Assembly (NCBI GenBank): GCA_009691715.1
Contig: SIAN01000017.1
Coordinates: forward strand, 10,867 to 74,866
From: Planctomycetota bacterium
GTDB taxonomy: Bacteria > Planctomycetota > B15-G4 > SIAN01
Direction of reading: 5' to 3'
Length of the DNA stretch: 64,000 nt
Shown here: piece by piece, positions 18,548-27,061 of the stretch
Layout: every line of letters begins with the position of its first letter
How positions within the stretch are numbered: the stretch's first letter is position 1
The notes under the pieces: model-generated
Told to the model about the DNA's origin: nothing
Database searches by the model: none
What the model saw: only the letters and a program-made list of their open reading frames with translations
Program-made: the position numbers and the translations under genes

Positions 18548-20242
18548 ATGCGCTTGCTGACTTTGTTCGTGCTCGCGGTGCTTGGCGGTAGCGGCTGCTG
18601 AACCGGATTTGGCGAGGTGGTGGACGCGATCGACCGCGACGCTGAAATCGCCGAGTACCAAGAGCAGGTGGCCGCCGAGCGTGAGGCGGCGCGGAAGGTG
18701 CTGCCTGAATTCGAGCGCGCCTGGAGGGAACAGGACTTCGCCAAGGTCGCCGACCTCGCAAACGGGCTCGACCAAGCGTTCGACCCCGACGCCAAGCAGG
18801 CGTGGACGCGGCTGATGGAGAAGAACGGCCGGTTCGCGAACGGGGCGCCAACGAAGGCCGACCTCGAAGCACGCTTGTTCGGGCTCGAGCACAGCGACGA
18901 TCAGGCGGCTCATGCCGCAGCGTGGCTCGCTTGGGGCGATTGTTGGACCGAGGAGGGATGCCACCAACAGTCCGCGTTGTGCTACCGCTCCGGTACGGCG
19001 TACGCGCGAAAGGGGAGTCGTCCTGCCGTCGTGACTTCGGGCCTGCTGCGCCAGGCGCGAGCGCTGTTGGCGGCGGGACACTTCGAGGTGGTGGCGCGAA
19101 AGCTGCAGCAGATCTCGGGACGCGCGGTTCCGCCGGCGCTCGAATTCGAGGCGCAGATCGCCGCCGTGAAGGAAGCGGTCGCGGCCGATCGGGCGGCGCG
19201 CGTGGCGAAGGAACTCGGTGATTTCATCTTTCCGGCCGACGTCGTCTTCCCTGGCGCCCTCGCGCGCGCGAAAGGCGTGACGATTGAGCGCGACGGCGCC
19301 ATGGCAAAGATTCGCCGTGCGGACGGCGCTTTAGCGACCGTCCGCGTCGATGTCGCTCGCCCGCTCGGCAGCCGCGACCCGTGGCCGTGCTGCATGGTGC
19401 TCGAAGGGGTCGCGAGCGCCCCCGACGTCGCACTGCTCTTCGCCAATGGCGATCTCTTCATCGGCGCCGACTCGCTGATCGGCAGCGGGCTCTATTTGTC
19501 GGCGGAGCGCCCGGCGACCGTTGGCCCCTGTCGTTTCGGCATCCCGCTCGAGCGGGCGACCGGCGCCATCGACGAGACCGTGCACGCGGAGCTGAGCGAT
19601 GGCGAGGTCAGCGTGGCCGCGAAGTACGCCGACGACTCCGGCTACGTCGGCACCGCGGTGCGCGATGGCGGACGCCTCATCCCGCACGGCTACGGACTCA
19701 TGTTCCGACCCGAAGAGGGCGGCTAGCTGACGAGCGACGGCCACACCGAGGTCTAGTCCGCGGGCGAGCGGGTCGAGACGTTCGACGACACCGGCGCCTT
19801 CGAGAACGCGCGCAGCGAGGTCCGTTCCGAGGCGGGCGACTGCATCGAGCACTTCGACCGCCGCAATGGCGTCTCCGTCGAGTACGACCGCGTGACCTTC
19901 TTGAAGACGAAGACCGACCTCGATCGCCTGGCGCAGATCGGCGCACGCGCCGAGGCGGCGCGGCGGTTCCAAGAGGAGCGTCTCGCGAGCGAGGCTCGGC
20001 AACGAGAGGCAGACGCGGAGCCGGCAGCGGCCCAATCACCGGAGTACTACCAGGAGCTCTACGGCTGCTGTCTTCGCTGCGATGGCACCGGCTCGCTCTA
20101 CGTCGCGGGCGGCGCGTCGCAGGAGATGGTCTGGAGCGCGACCGGCGGCAGCGACAGCCGCGGTGGCTGGATCATGGGCACGGCCCATCGCTCGGGCACC
20201 CTCGAGACCTGCCATCGGTGCGACGGGACCGGGGTGAGGTAG
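18548..20242 (+). pseudogene. Lipoprotein with C-terminal DnaJ-type CxxCxGxG zinc-finger repeats, carrying three in-frame stops
   Basis: One frame runs throughout: MRLLTLFVLAVLGGSGC*TGFGEVVDAIDRD... (TGA 18599..18601), ...GLMFRPEEGG*LTSDGHTEV*SAGERVETFDD... (TAG 19724..19726 and 19754..19756). It ends ...YGCCLRCDGTGSLYV...LETCHRCDGTGVR. The track shows the pieces as 18416..18601, 18617..19726 and 19892..20242. Confidence 0.75.
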
Positions 20243-20278
20243 CTGGAACGATCGCGCAGCTCGCTGTCGGCAGCCGAC

Positions 20279-22027
20279 CTAGCCATGTAAATCGCGCCGG
20301 AACACCACCCGCCGGCCGTTGAACGCGATGCCGCGCAGGGACTCGATCACGTGGTCGATCGCGGCGACCGGCAGGTCGACCAGGGCGAAGCGGTCGGTGA
20401 CTTTGATGGCGCCGATCAAGTTGCCGGGCACGCCGGCTTGGTGGGCGATCGCGCCGACCAAATCGCCGGGGCGCAGACCGTCGATGCGACCGGCACCGAC
20501 GAACAACCGCGCGCGGCTGGGGTCGTGCGGCGACGGCGACGCGATGCCAGCACGCTGCATCGGCGGCGGCGGCGCGAAAACGAGGTCTTGTTCCTCGGCC
20601 TGGTCGCCTGACGCGGCGTAGCTGGCGTCGTGAGCCAGCTTCACCGCGGCGGCCGCCAGATCCATGACATCGAGGTCGTTCGAGAGCTCCTCGACCAGCG
20701 AGCGGTAGGGGTCGAGCTCGCCGGCCAGGACCGCTTCCCGCAGTGACGCCTTGGTGAGTTCGAGCCGACGGCTGCGCAGGTCGGCGACGGTGGGGAGGTT
20801 CTCGACGCGGATCTTCTGCCGGGTCGCGAATTCGATGTTGCGCAACAGGCGGTGCTCGCGCGGCTCGACGAAGGTGATCGCGACGCCTTCGCGACCGGCG
20901 CGGCCGGTGCGGCCGATGCGGTGCACGTAGTCATCGGCATCGGACGGCACGCCGTAGTTGACGACATGTGAAAGATGATCGATGTCGAGCCCGCGCGCGG
21001 CGACATCGGTGGCGATCAAGAGCTCCGACTGCCCGCCGCGGAAACGCTTCATCACACGATCGCGCTGCTCTTGGATCAGCCCGCCGTGCAGCGCCTCGGC
21101 GCGCCAGCCCTGCGCACCCATCGCCTCGGTGAGTTCGTCGACCTCGATGCGCGTGCGGCAGAAGACGATCGCCGAGGTTGGCTGCTCCATGTCGAGCACG
21201 CGGCCGAGCGCGGCGTGCTTGTGCGCACGCGGGACGACGAAGGCGACCTGGCGCACGCGCGGCGCCTCGCCGGCGACGGGCCGCTCTTTCGCAATCGTGA
21301 TGCGGATCGGGTCGCGCAGGTGTTGCTTGGCGATCGACAGGATGCGCGGTGGCAGCGTGGCGGAGAAGAGCGCGGTCTGATGGTCGGTCGGCAGCTTGGA
21401 GAGGATCGCCTCGATGTCCTCCGCGAAGCCCATGTCGAGCATCTCGTCGGCTTCGTCGAGGACGGCCATCTTCACCTGGTCGAGCACCAGCGACCGGCGA
21501 TTGAGGTGATCGAGCGCGCGACCCGGCGTCGCCACCACGATCTCGACGCCGCGGTCGAGCACGCGCAACTGCTGGCCGATCGACTGGCCGCCGTAGATCG
21601 GCAGGACGGTCGCATGCTTCGCCTTGCCGTACTTGTGCACCGCCTCGGCCACTTGCATCGCGAGTTCGCGCGTCGGTACCAGCACCAGTGCGCTCGGCCG
21701 GTTCTTCCGCGGCTCACCGGTCACACAGCGCTGCAGCAGCGGCAGCGCAAACGCCGCGGTCTTGCCGGTCCCGGTCGCCGCCTGCCCGAGCAGGTCGCGT
21801 CCGGCCAACAGCGGCGGGATCGCCTCGCGCTGGATCGGCGTCGGTTCCTCGTAGCCGAGCGCAGTGAGCGCGGCGGCGAGCTCGGGCGCAACGCCGATCG
21901 CGGAGAAGGCGGACGGTCCGGGCGCGACGCTCGCGGCGGGACCATCGGAAGGGGCGGCGGAGTCGATGTCGTCAGAAGCGGTCATTGCACCATTGTGCCT
22001 GCCGTCACGCGCGCGCCGAGCGTTCAT
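20279..22027 (-). CDS. DEAD-box ATP-dependent RNA helicase with a DbpA-type C-terminal domain
   Basis: GQAATGTGKTAAF, PTRELA, VLDEADEMLDMGF, SAT, HRIGRTGRAG. ATG 22027 overlaps the upstream stop (ATGA). An alternative start is ATG 21985. Confidence 0.93.
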   Translation of the reverse strand: MNARRARDGRHNGAMTASDDIDSAAPSDGPAASVAPGPSAFSAIGVAPELAAALTALGYEEPTPIQREAIPPLLAGRDLLGQAATGTGKTAAFALPLLQRCVTGEPRKNRPSALVLVPTRELAMQVAEAVHKYGKAKHATVLPIYGGQSIGQQLRVLDRGVEIVVATPGRALDHLNRRSLVLDQVKMAVLDEADEMLDMGFAEDIEAILSKLPTDHQTALFSATLPPRILSIAKQHLRDPIRITIAKERPVAGEAPRVRQVAFVVPRAHKHAALGRVLDMEQPTSAIVFCRTRIEVDELTEAMGAQGWRAEALHGGLIQEQRDRVMKRFRGGQSELLIATDVAARGLDIDHLSHVVNYGVPSDADDYVHRIGRTGRAGREGVAITFVEPREHRLLRNIEFATRQKIRVENLPTVADLRSRRLELTKASLREAVLAGELDPYRSLVEELSNDLDVMDLAAAAVKLAHDASYAASGDQAEEQDLVFAPPPPMQRAGIASPSPHDPSRARLFVGAGRIDGLRPGDLVGAIAHQAGVPGNLIGAIKVTDRFALVDLPVAAIDHVIESLRGIAFNGRRVVFRRDLHG

Positions 22028-23694
22028 TTGGCGAGACGGACGTAATCGACGTAACCGACCATCATCTCCTCGAAGGTCTGTTCCCCGACGCGGACGAGCT
22101 GTTTGGGGTCCGGATTGCGGGGGTTGGCCGCGCTGTTGTCGTAGCCCGCGAACAGGTGGAGCCGGTCGCCAGCCTCGACCGCGAGCGGCTCGCGTAGCTG
22201 GTAGGTGTGCTGCCAGCCGAAGTCGAAGCGCGGCACGTCGAGCAGCGTCTGGCGCGAGCCGTCCGTCCGCTCGAGCTCGAAGCGGAACGACTGGCCGCGC
22301 CAGTGCATGTGCGGCATCAGGCCGGTGATCAGCGCCTTGGCGTCGATCGTGAAGGTCCGCGTAAAACGGACATCACTGCTGCGTGGCGGGAGCACCACGT
22401 TCGGATTGGCGATCGTCCAGTTGGCGACCTCGTGGGTGACGGCGCCGCGAGCGAAGCGGAGCGCCATCCGGGTCAAGTCGGTGGTCGCGCTGCCGTTGGG
22501 CGTGTAGTGGAGCTGGAAGAGGAATCGCGTGCCCTTCGCGACCCGCTTCGCGTAGCCGGGCGGCAACTCGACCGGCCGACCGCCGGGTGCGCTGCCGGCG
22601 AAGAGCAGGTCAGGATTCAGCACTCGCTGCTGCAGGTCGGGCGGCAACAGGAAGACGCCGACGTGATGGGTGACGGCGCGATTGCCGGGCAGAACCTCGA
22701 TCGCTTCCACCAGGCAGTCGCTCGTGAGCTTCGGGTCGACTGGAACGTAGCGGTAGGGGACGACTCCCTCCGCCGGCACGGACTGCGGCGCCGGGAGCTC
22801 GACCACGAGGTCGGGAGTTCCAATCGCCCACCCGCTGTTCGCGGACGGCGGTAGCGCCGGACCGGTGGCGCGATCACCGGCAGGAGCACCGGCCGCGGCC
22901 CAGCGCGCCAGCGTCTCCTTCTCCGTCTCGGTGAGACGACGGGCATTCAGGAACGACCCGAAACGCGGGTCGGCGTGCCACGGCGGCATTCGACCCGTTC
23001 GCGTGACCTCGACGATCGTGGGCGCCCAACCCTTCGCCTCGTCCGGATCAAGCAGCGCCATCGGACCGATGTCGCCCGGTCGATGGCACTCGACGCAGTG
23101 GCGAAAGAGGATCGGGGCCGCGTCGTGCCAGAACGTGAGCGCCGCGGCGCCAATCGCGACCGTTGCGCGCTGCCAGCGAGGCCCGCCGGCGGGAAGCGGC
23201 GGCAGCGTGATCGGCGCGCCGAGGAAGGCCGCTTCGAGCAGGCTGGCATCGAGGTCGCCGCCGCGGGCGAGCAGGCGCAGATCACGATCGAGCAGGAGGA
23301 CCTCGCCGGCAGCCGGCACGCCAAGGCGATCGGCGACGACCTGCAGCGGATCGAGCAGCCGCGGAAACCCGGGGGCGTCCCCCGTGCGACTGGGCTCCGA
23401 CGACGGCCCGGCCGAGTCGGAGTCGGAATCGGAGTCGATCGCGAGGAAGCGGACCCGCCGCGGCGCGAAGGCGCGGACGAGCGGTTCGAGCCGGCTCTGC
23501 AACGGCTGTGATGCCACGCCGTGCCGCGAAAGAAAGGCGAGCACGGTGAAGAGGTGGGAGGGCGCGTCGTCCGCGAGCCCGACGCTGGCGCCGTCGGCGG
23601 TCGCAAGCACGAACAGTTCGAGCGGCGCGGCGCGTTCGTCGCGTGCGAACATGAGATTCGCGGCGACGGTCACGAGGAACACTACGGCGACCAT
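22024..23694 (-). CDS. Cytochrome c (CxxCH) fused to a PHM/DBH-like copper type II monooxygenase fold, with a thioredoxin-like N-terminal region
   Basis: GGAGG lies 5 nt upstream of ATG 23694 (MVAVVFLVTVAANL). CVECHRPGDIGPM. Candidate copper ligands: THHVGVF, FQLHYTP, MPHMHWRG, EEMMVGY. Confidence 0.85.
   Translation of the reverse strand: MVAVVFLVTVAANLMFARDERAAPLELFVLATADGASVGLADDAPSHLFTVLAFLSRHGVASQPLQSRLEPLVRAFAPRRVRFLAIDSDSDSDSAGPSSEPSRTGDAPGFPRLLDPLQVVADRLGVPAAGEVLLLDRDLRLLARGGDLDASLLEAAFLGAPITLPPLPAGGPRWQRATVAIGAAALTFWHDAAPILFRHCVECHRPGDIGPMALLDPDEAKGWAPTIVEVTRTGRMPPWHADPRFGSFLNARRLTETEKETLARWAAAGAPAGDRATGPALPPSANSGWAIGTPDLVVELPAPQSVPAEGVVPYRYVPVDPKLTSDCLVEAIEVLPGNRAVTHHVGVFLLPPDLQQRVLNPDLLFAGSAPGGRPVELPPGYAKRVAKGTRFLFQLHYTPNGSATTDLTRMALRFARGAVTHEVANWTIANPNVVLPPRSSDVRFTRTFTIDAKALITGLMPHMHWRGQSFRFELERTDGSRQTLLDVPRFDFGWQHTYQLREPLAVEAGDRLHLFAGYDNSAANPRNPDPKQLVRVGEQTFEEMMVGYVDYVRLAK
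23414..23437. repeat. 6-bp tandem repeat (gagtcg-like, 4 copies) encoding DSDSDSDS
   Basis: gagtcggagtcggaatcggagtcg, inside the monooxygenase-like gene. Confidence 0.8.
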
Positions 23695-23806
23695 CGATCC
23701 TCCAGCACCCGGCGCACGCCGGCGGTCGAGCACTCAAGGCGCGTCATCGTACGCAACCTGGCTCGGTGCGTAGACCGTCTCGAAGGAGTGGGCTACCGTT
23801 CCCACG

Positions 23807-24703
23807 ATGGTGGCGTTGGTCGAGGTGAAACGGCTGTCGAAGCGATTCGGGGCGCGTGCCGCGCTGACCGACGTCTCGTTCGCGGTCGCGCCCGGCGAGA
23901 TCGTCGCACTGGTCGGCGCCAACGGCTCGGGCAAGTCGACGCTGCTGCGCCTGATGGCGGGCTTGCTGCGGCCGAGCGCAGGCACCGTTTCCGTGCTCGG
24001 CCACGAGCCGTTCACCCAGCGCGAGGAGGTGATGCGTGACGCGCGTTTCGCGTTCGCGCCGCCCTCTTTGTTCGATTCACTCACCGCGCGCGAGCAACTC
24101 GTGCGACTCACGGCTTCACCGTCTCGCTCCGTCGATTCCGCGCTCGCGACGGTCGGACTTGCGGAGCGCGCTGACGATCGCGTGCGAACCTACTCCTTCG
24201 GCATGCGACAACGACTCGCGATCGCGCAGGCGCTGCTGCCGCCACCGCGTCTGCTAGTGCTCGACGAGCCAAGCGAGGGGCTCGATCCGGCGGGAGTGCG
24301 CGAGCTGCGGGCGCTGCTGCTGCGGCTCCGTGCCGAGTGCGGCGTGGCCATCGTGTTGGCGAGTCATCTCTCTTCCGAAGTCGAGTCGCTCGCCGATCGC
24401 GTCGTGGTGCTCGACAGCGGTCGCGTCGTGTTCGCAGGCAGCGTCGCCGAGTTGCGCGCCGGCGGGGAGCGGCTCGTGCTCGGCGTCGCGGCGATGTCGG
24501 CAGCGCGCACGGCGCTCGCATCCGCCGGGATCGTGGCGACTCCGCGTGGCTCGACCGAGCTCCTGTTGCAGCCGCCCGTGCCCGATCTCACCGAGATGCA
24601 GGCACTGCTCTCCCAAGCGGGCGTCGAGCTGCTGAGTTACCACGTCGAGACGCCATCACTCGAGGAAGCCCTCTTGGCGCGCGCCGCTCGAGCGACTCCG
24701 TGA
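23807..24703 (+). CDS. ABC transporter ATP-binding protein (ABC-2/CcmA-like exporter type)
   Basis: Walker A GANGSGKST, signature-like YSFGMRQRL, Walker B LLVLDEPSEGLD. Confidence 0.92.
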   Translation: MVALVEVKRLSKRFGARAALTDVSFAVAPGEIVALVGANGSGKSTLLRLMAGLLRPSAGTVSVLGHEPFTQREEVMRDARFAFAPPSLFDSLTAREQLVRLTASPSRSVDSALATVGLAERADDRVRTYSFGMRQRLAIAQALLPPPRLLVLDEPSEGLDPAGVRELRALLLRLRAECGVAIVLASHLSSEVESLADRVVVLDSGRVVFAGSVAELRAGGERLVLGVAAMSAARTALASAGIVATPRGSTELLLQPPVPDLTEMQALLSQAGVELLSYHVETPSLEEALLARAARATP

Positions 24704-25536
24704 TCGCCGGCCTCGAAGCGCTGCGACTGTGGCGTTCGCGCCGGCCGCTGGTGGCGCTGCTGGCGCTGCTCTGCTTCCTGGTGCTGATGCTGGTCGGGTT
24801 CTGGACCTATGCCGAATCACGGACCAAGGGCGCCGCGCAGTTCGAGTACACCTATGAGAACCGCTCCTACTTCAACGGCCTCACCTTCGCGCTCTACGCG
24901 TTTTATTTTGGCTTCGTGCTGCTGCTGCCGATCTTCGCCGCGATCGAGGGCGGCGCGCAGATCGCCGGCGACAGCGGTGGCGGGGCGCTCACGCTGCTGC
25001 TGACGCGACCGCTGTCGAAGACGCGGCTGTTCTTCGTCAAGGCCGGACTCGCCGCGCTCTTCTCATTGCTGCTCACGGGGATGTTCCTCGCCGTCGCGCT
25101 TTTGATCGGGCTGTGCGCAGTCGGCTGGGGTCCGCTGCGCCTCTATCCCGGCGTGCTGCAGATGACCGACACTCCGCAGTTCCTGAAGCGCGGCGAGGCG
25201 CTCATGCGCTTTGCACTCGCATGGCCCGCGGCCGGACTCGCGCTGCTGGCGCCGCTCGCCTTCAGCCTCTGGATCTCGAGTTGGGCGAAGAGCGCGGTGA
25301 ACGCGGTCGGCACTGCCGTCGCGCTCTATCTCGTTTTGCACGTGATCGCAGAAGTGCACTTCTTCGAAGACTTGAGGCCGTGGCTCTTCACCAGCCACAC
25401 CACCTATTGGCGCGGCCTCTTCGCCGAGCGGATCGACTTACGTGAGATGGCCCGACACGCGGCGGCGCTGGTCGGGTTCACGGCGCTCTTCCTCGCGCTG
25501 GCATTCCGGCGCTTCCGACGGCGGGAGGAGACGTGA
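24700..25536 (+). CDS. ABC-2 family transporter permease
   Basis: GTG 24700 overlaps the upstream stop (GTGA). About six hydrophobic segments. Same frame as track ORF 24337..25536. Confidence 0.8.
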   Translation: MIAGLEALRLWRSRRPLVALLALLCFLVLMLVGFWTYAESRTKGAAQFEYTYENRSYFNGLTFALYAFYFGFVLLLPIFAAIEGGAQIAGDSGGGALTLLLTRPLSKTRLFFVKAGLAALFSLLLTGMFLAVALLIGLCAVGWGPLRLYPGVLQMTDTPQFLKRGEALMRFALAWPAAGLALLAPLAFSLWISSWAKSAVNAVGTAVALYLVLHVIAEVHFFEDLRPWLFTSHTTYWRGLFAERIDLREMARHAAALVGFTALFLALAFRRFRRREET

Positions 25537-26348
25537 TGGCGGGGGGCGCGCGGATCGAGGCGGCGCTCTGGTTGGTGGCGGCGCTCGCGTTCGCCGGCGC
25601 GAGCTGGCCGTCGGCGCCGCCAACCAAGAGCGACGCGAAGGCGGCACTGCGCGAACACGGGACGCTCGCCGTCATGACCTGGAACGTCGGCGGGACTCGC
25701 GACGGCCGCGCGCATCCCTTCGACCGGACCGATCTGCCGAAAGTCGTGCAAGCGATCGAAACGATCGATTCGGACCTCTTGCTGCTGCAGGAGTTTCGCT
25801 ACTCCACGGACTGGGCTGCGTTGCGCGCTGGGCTGTCCGATCTGCGGCGCGAAGGCGATCCCTGGATCAAGGCGAGCGGCGACGTCGCAATCGTGGCGTT
25901 TCGTGGCGAGCTGCACGGCGGCGAGCTGACCGGCAACGCGGCGCTCTGCCAATGGACGGTTGACGGCAGGACGATCGAGGTCGGCAACGTTCACGCCCCG
26001 GCGTGGAACGCGCGCGAGCGACGCCGCGCGATTGGCAACGTCGCCGATCGGCTGCTGGCGACGCCGGGACCAAGCCGCATCTTCGGCGGCGATCTCAACC
26101 TCGACGTCAGCCAGCGCAGTGACTTGTTCTCGAACGACCCCGACAGCGACGTCGCCATCTACAACTGGCTCGCCGAGCGCCTCACCGACCTCGGCCTCAA
26201 AGCCGGCCCGACCGCCGAGCCCGACCGGCGACTCGACTACCTGTTCGCGTCGGCTGACCTCGCGCCGTTCCATGCCCTCGTGCTCGAAGGTTTCCGCGGC
26301 CCGACCATGGACCACGACCCGTTGCTGGTCACGCTGCGCTTCCGCTGA
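25533..26348 (+). CDS. Endonuclease/exonuclease/phosphatase (EEP) family protein, secreted
   Basis: GTGA start/stop overlap. Signal-like AALWLVAALAFAGA. MTWNVGG, LLLLQEF, GGDLN, DHDPLLVTL. Confidence 0.85.
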   Translation: MMAGGARIEAALWLVAALAFAGASWPSAPPTKSDAKAALREHGTLAVMTWNVGGTRDGRAHPFDRTDLPKVVQAIETIDSDLLLLQEFRYSTDWAALRAGLSDLRREGDPWIKASGDVAIVAFRGELHGGELTGNAALCQWTVDGRTIEVGNVHAPAWNARERRRAIGNVADRLLATPGPSRIFGGDLNLDVSQRSDLFSNDPDSDVAIYNWLAERLTDLGLKAGPTAEPDRRLDYLFASADLAPFHALVLEGFRGPTMDHDPLLVTLRFR

Positions 26349-26927
26349 CTCCCTCGCCGAGTGACGCGTTGAGGAATCCGCAGAACAGCCCGCCATTGAC
26401 GGGCGGGAGCGCGTCCCGATTGACCATGTCGGACGCGATCGCCTCATCGCGACGGGATCCCAGTATTGGCCGAGGCGCAGGATGCGACCGCCGCGATCGA
26501 GCACGGCCGCCGGCTGCGCGAAGCCGCCCGCTTGTTTGCCGGCGCAGATGTAGATGCCGCCCTCGTAGCAGCCAGTGAAAAGATCGACCACACCATCGCC
26601 CGTCAGATCCTCGAACTGCGGATTGAGTCCGATGCATCACCAGTTGTGGATCGCGATCTCCTGGCCCTCGGCCTGCAGGAAGCCGCGCGCCTCGAACTTC
26701 GGAGCGCTCGCGCTACCGACGTTGGCGTAGTGCGCGAGCGTGCCCTTGAAGTTGCCGACGAGCAGGTCGTGTTTGCCGTCGCCATTGAGGTCATGGAACG
26801 ACGGCCCTGCGTGGGCGAGCTCGTCGCCGGTGTCGATCCAGGCGTCGCCGGCCTTCAAGCGGACGGGAGGGGCGAGTTCGCCGCCGCCGAGGCCGAACCA
26901 TGGGACGACGATCAACGTGACAAACAT
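26329..26927 (-). pseudogene. Small FG-GAP/VCBS-repeat protein with an in-frame TGA (26639..26637) and a probable frameshift near 26455
   Basis: MFVTLIVVPWFGLGGG...HDLNGDGKHDLLVGNFKG...EIAIHNW*CIGLNPQFEDLTGDGVVDLFTGCYEGGIYICAGKQ...LGQYWDP all reads in one frame. After that point the frame runs on as Arg-rich antisense of the EEP gene. The frame of track ORF 26329..26640 gives RRDEAIASDMVNRDALPPVNGGLFCGFLNASLGE and a stop. Confidence 0.6.
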
Positions 26928-27061
26928 GATCGAACTTCTCGGCAGTTGCCGACGAATCGTCGCAGGCCGCGATCGTAGCCGCGCCGCTGGTGCGCACCCG
27001 ATCGCCGACGTAGAAGACTCCCGCACCGCGCCGGAGGCGATCGCAGGGCAGCGAGGATGAC

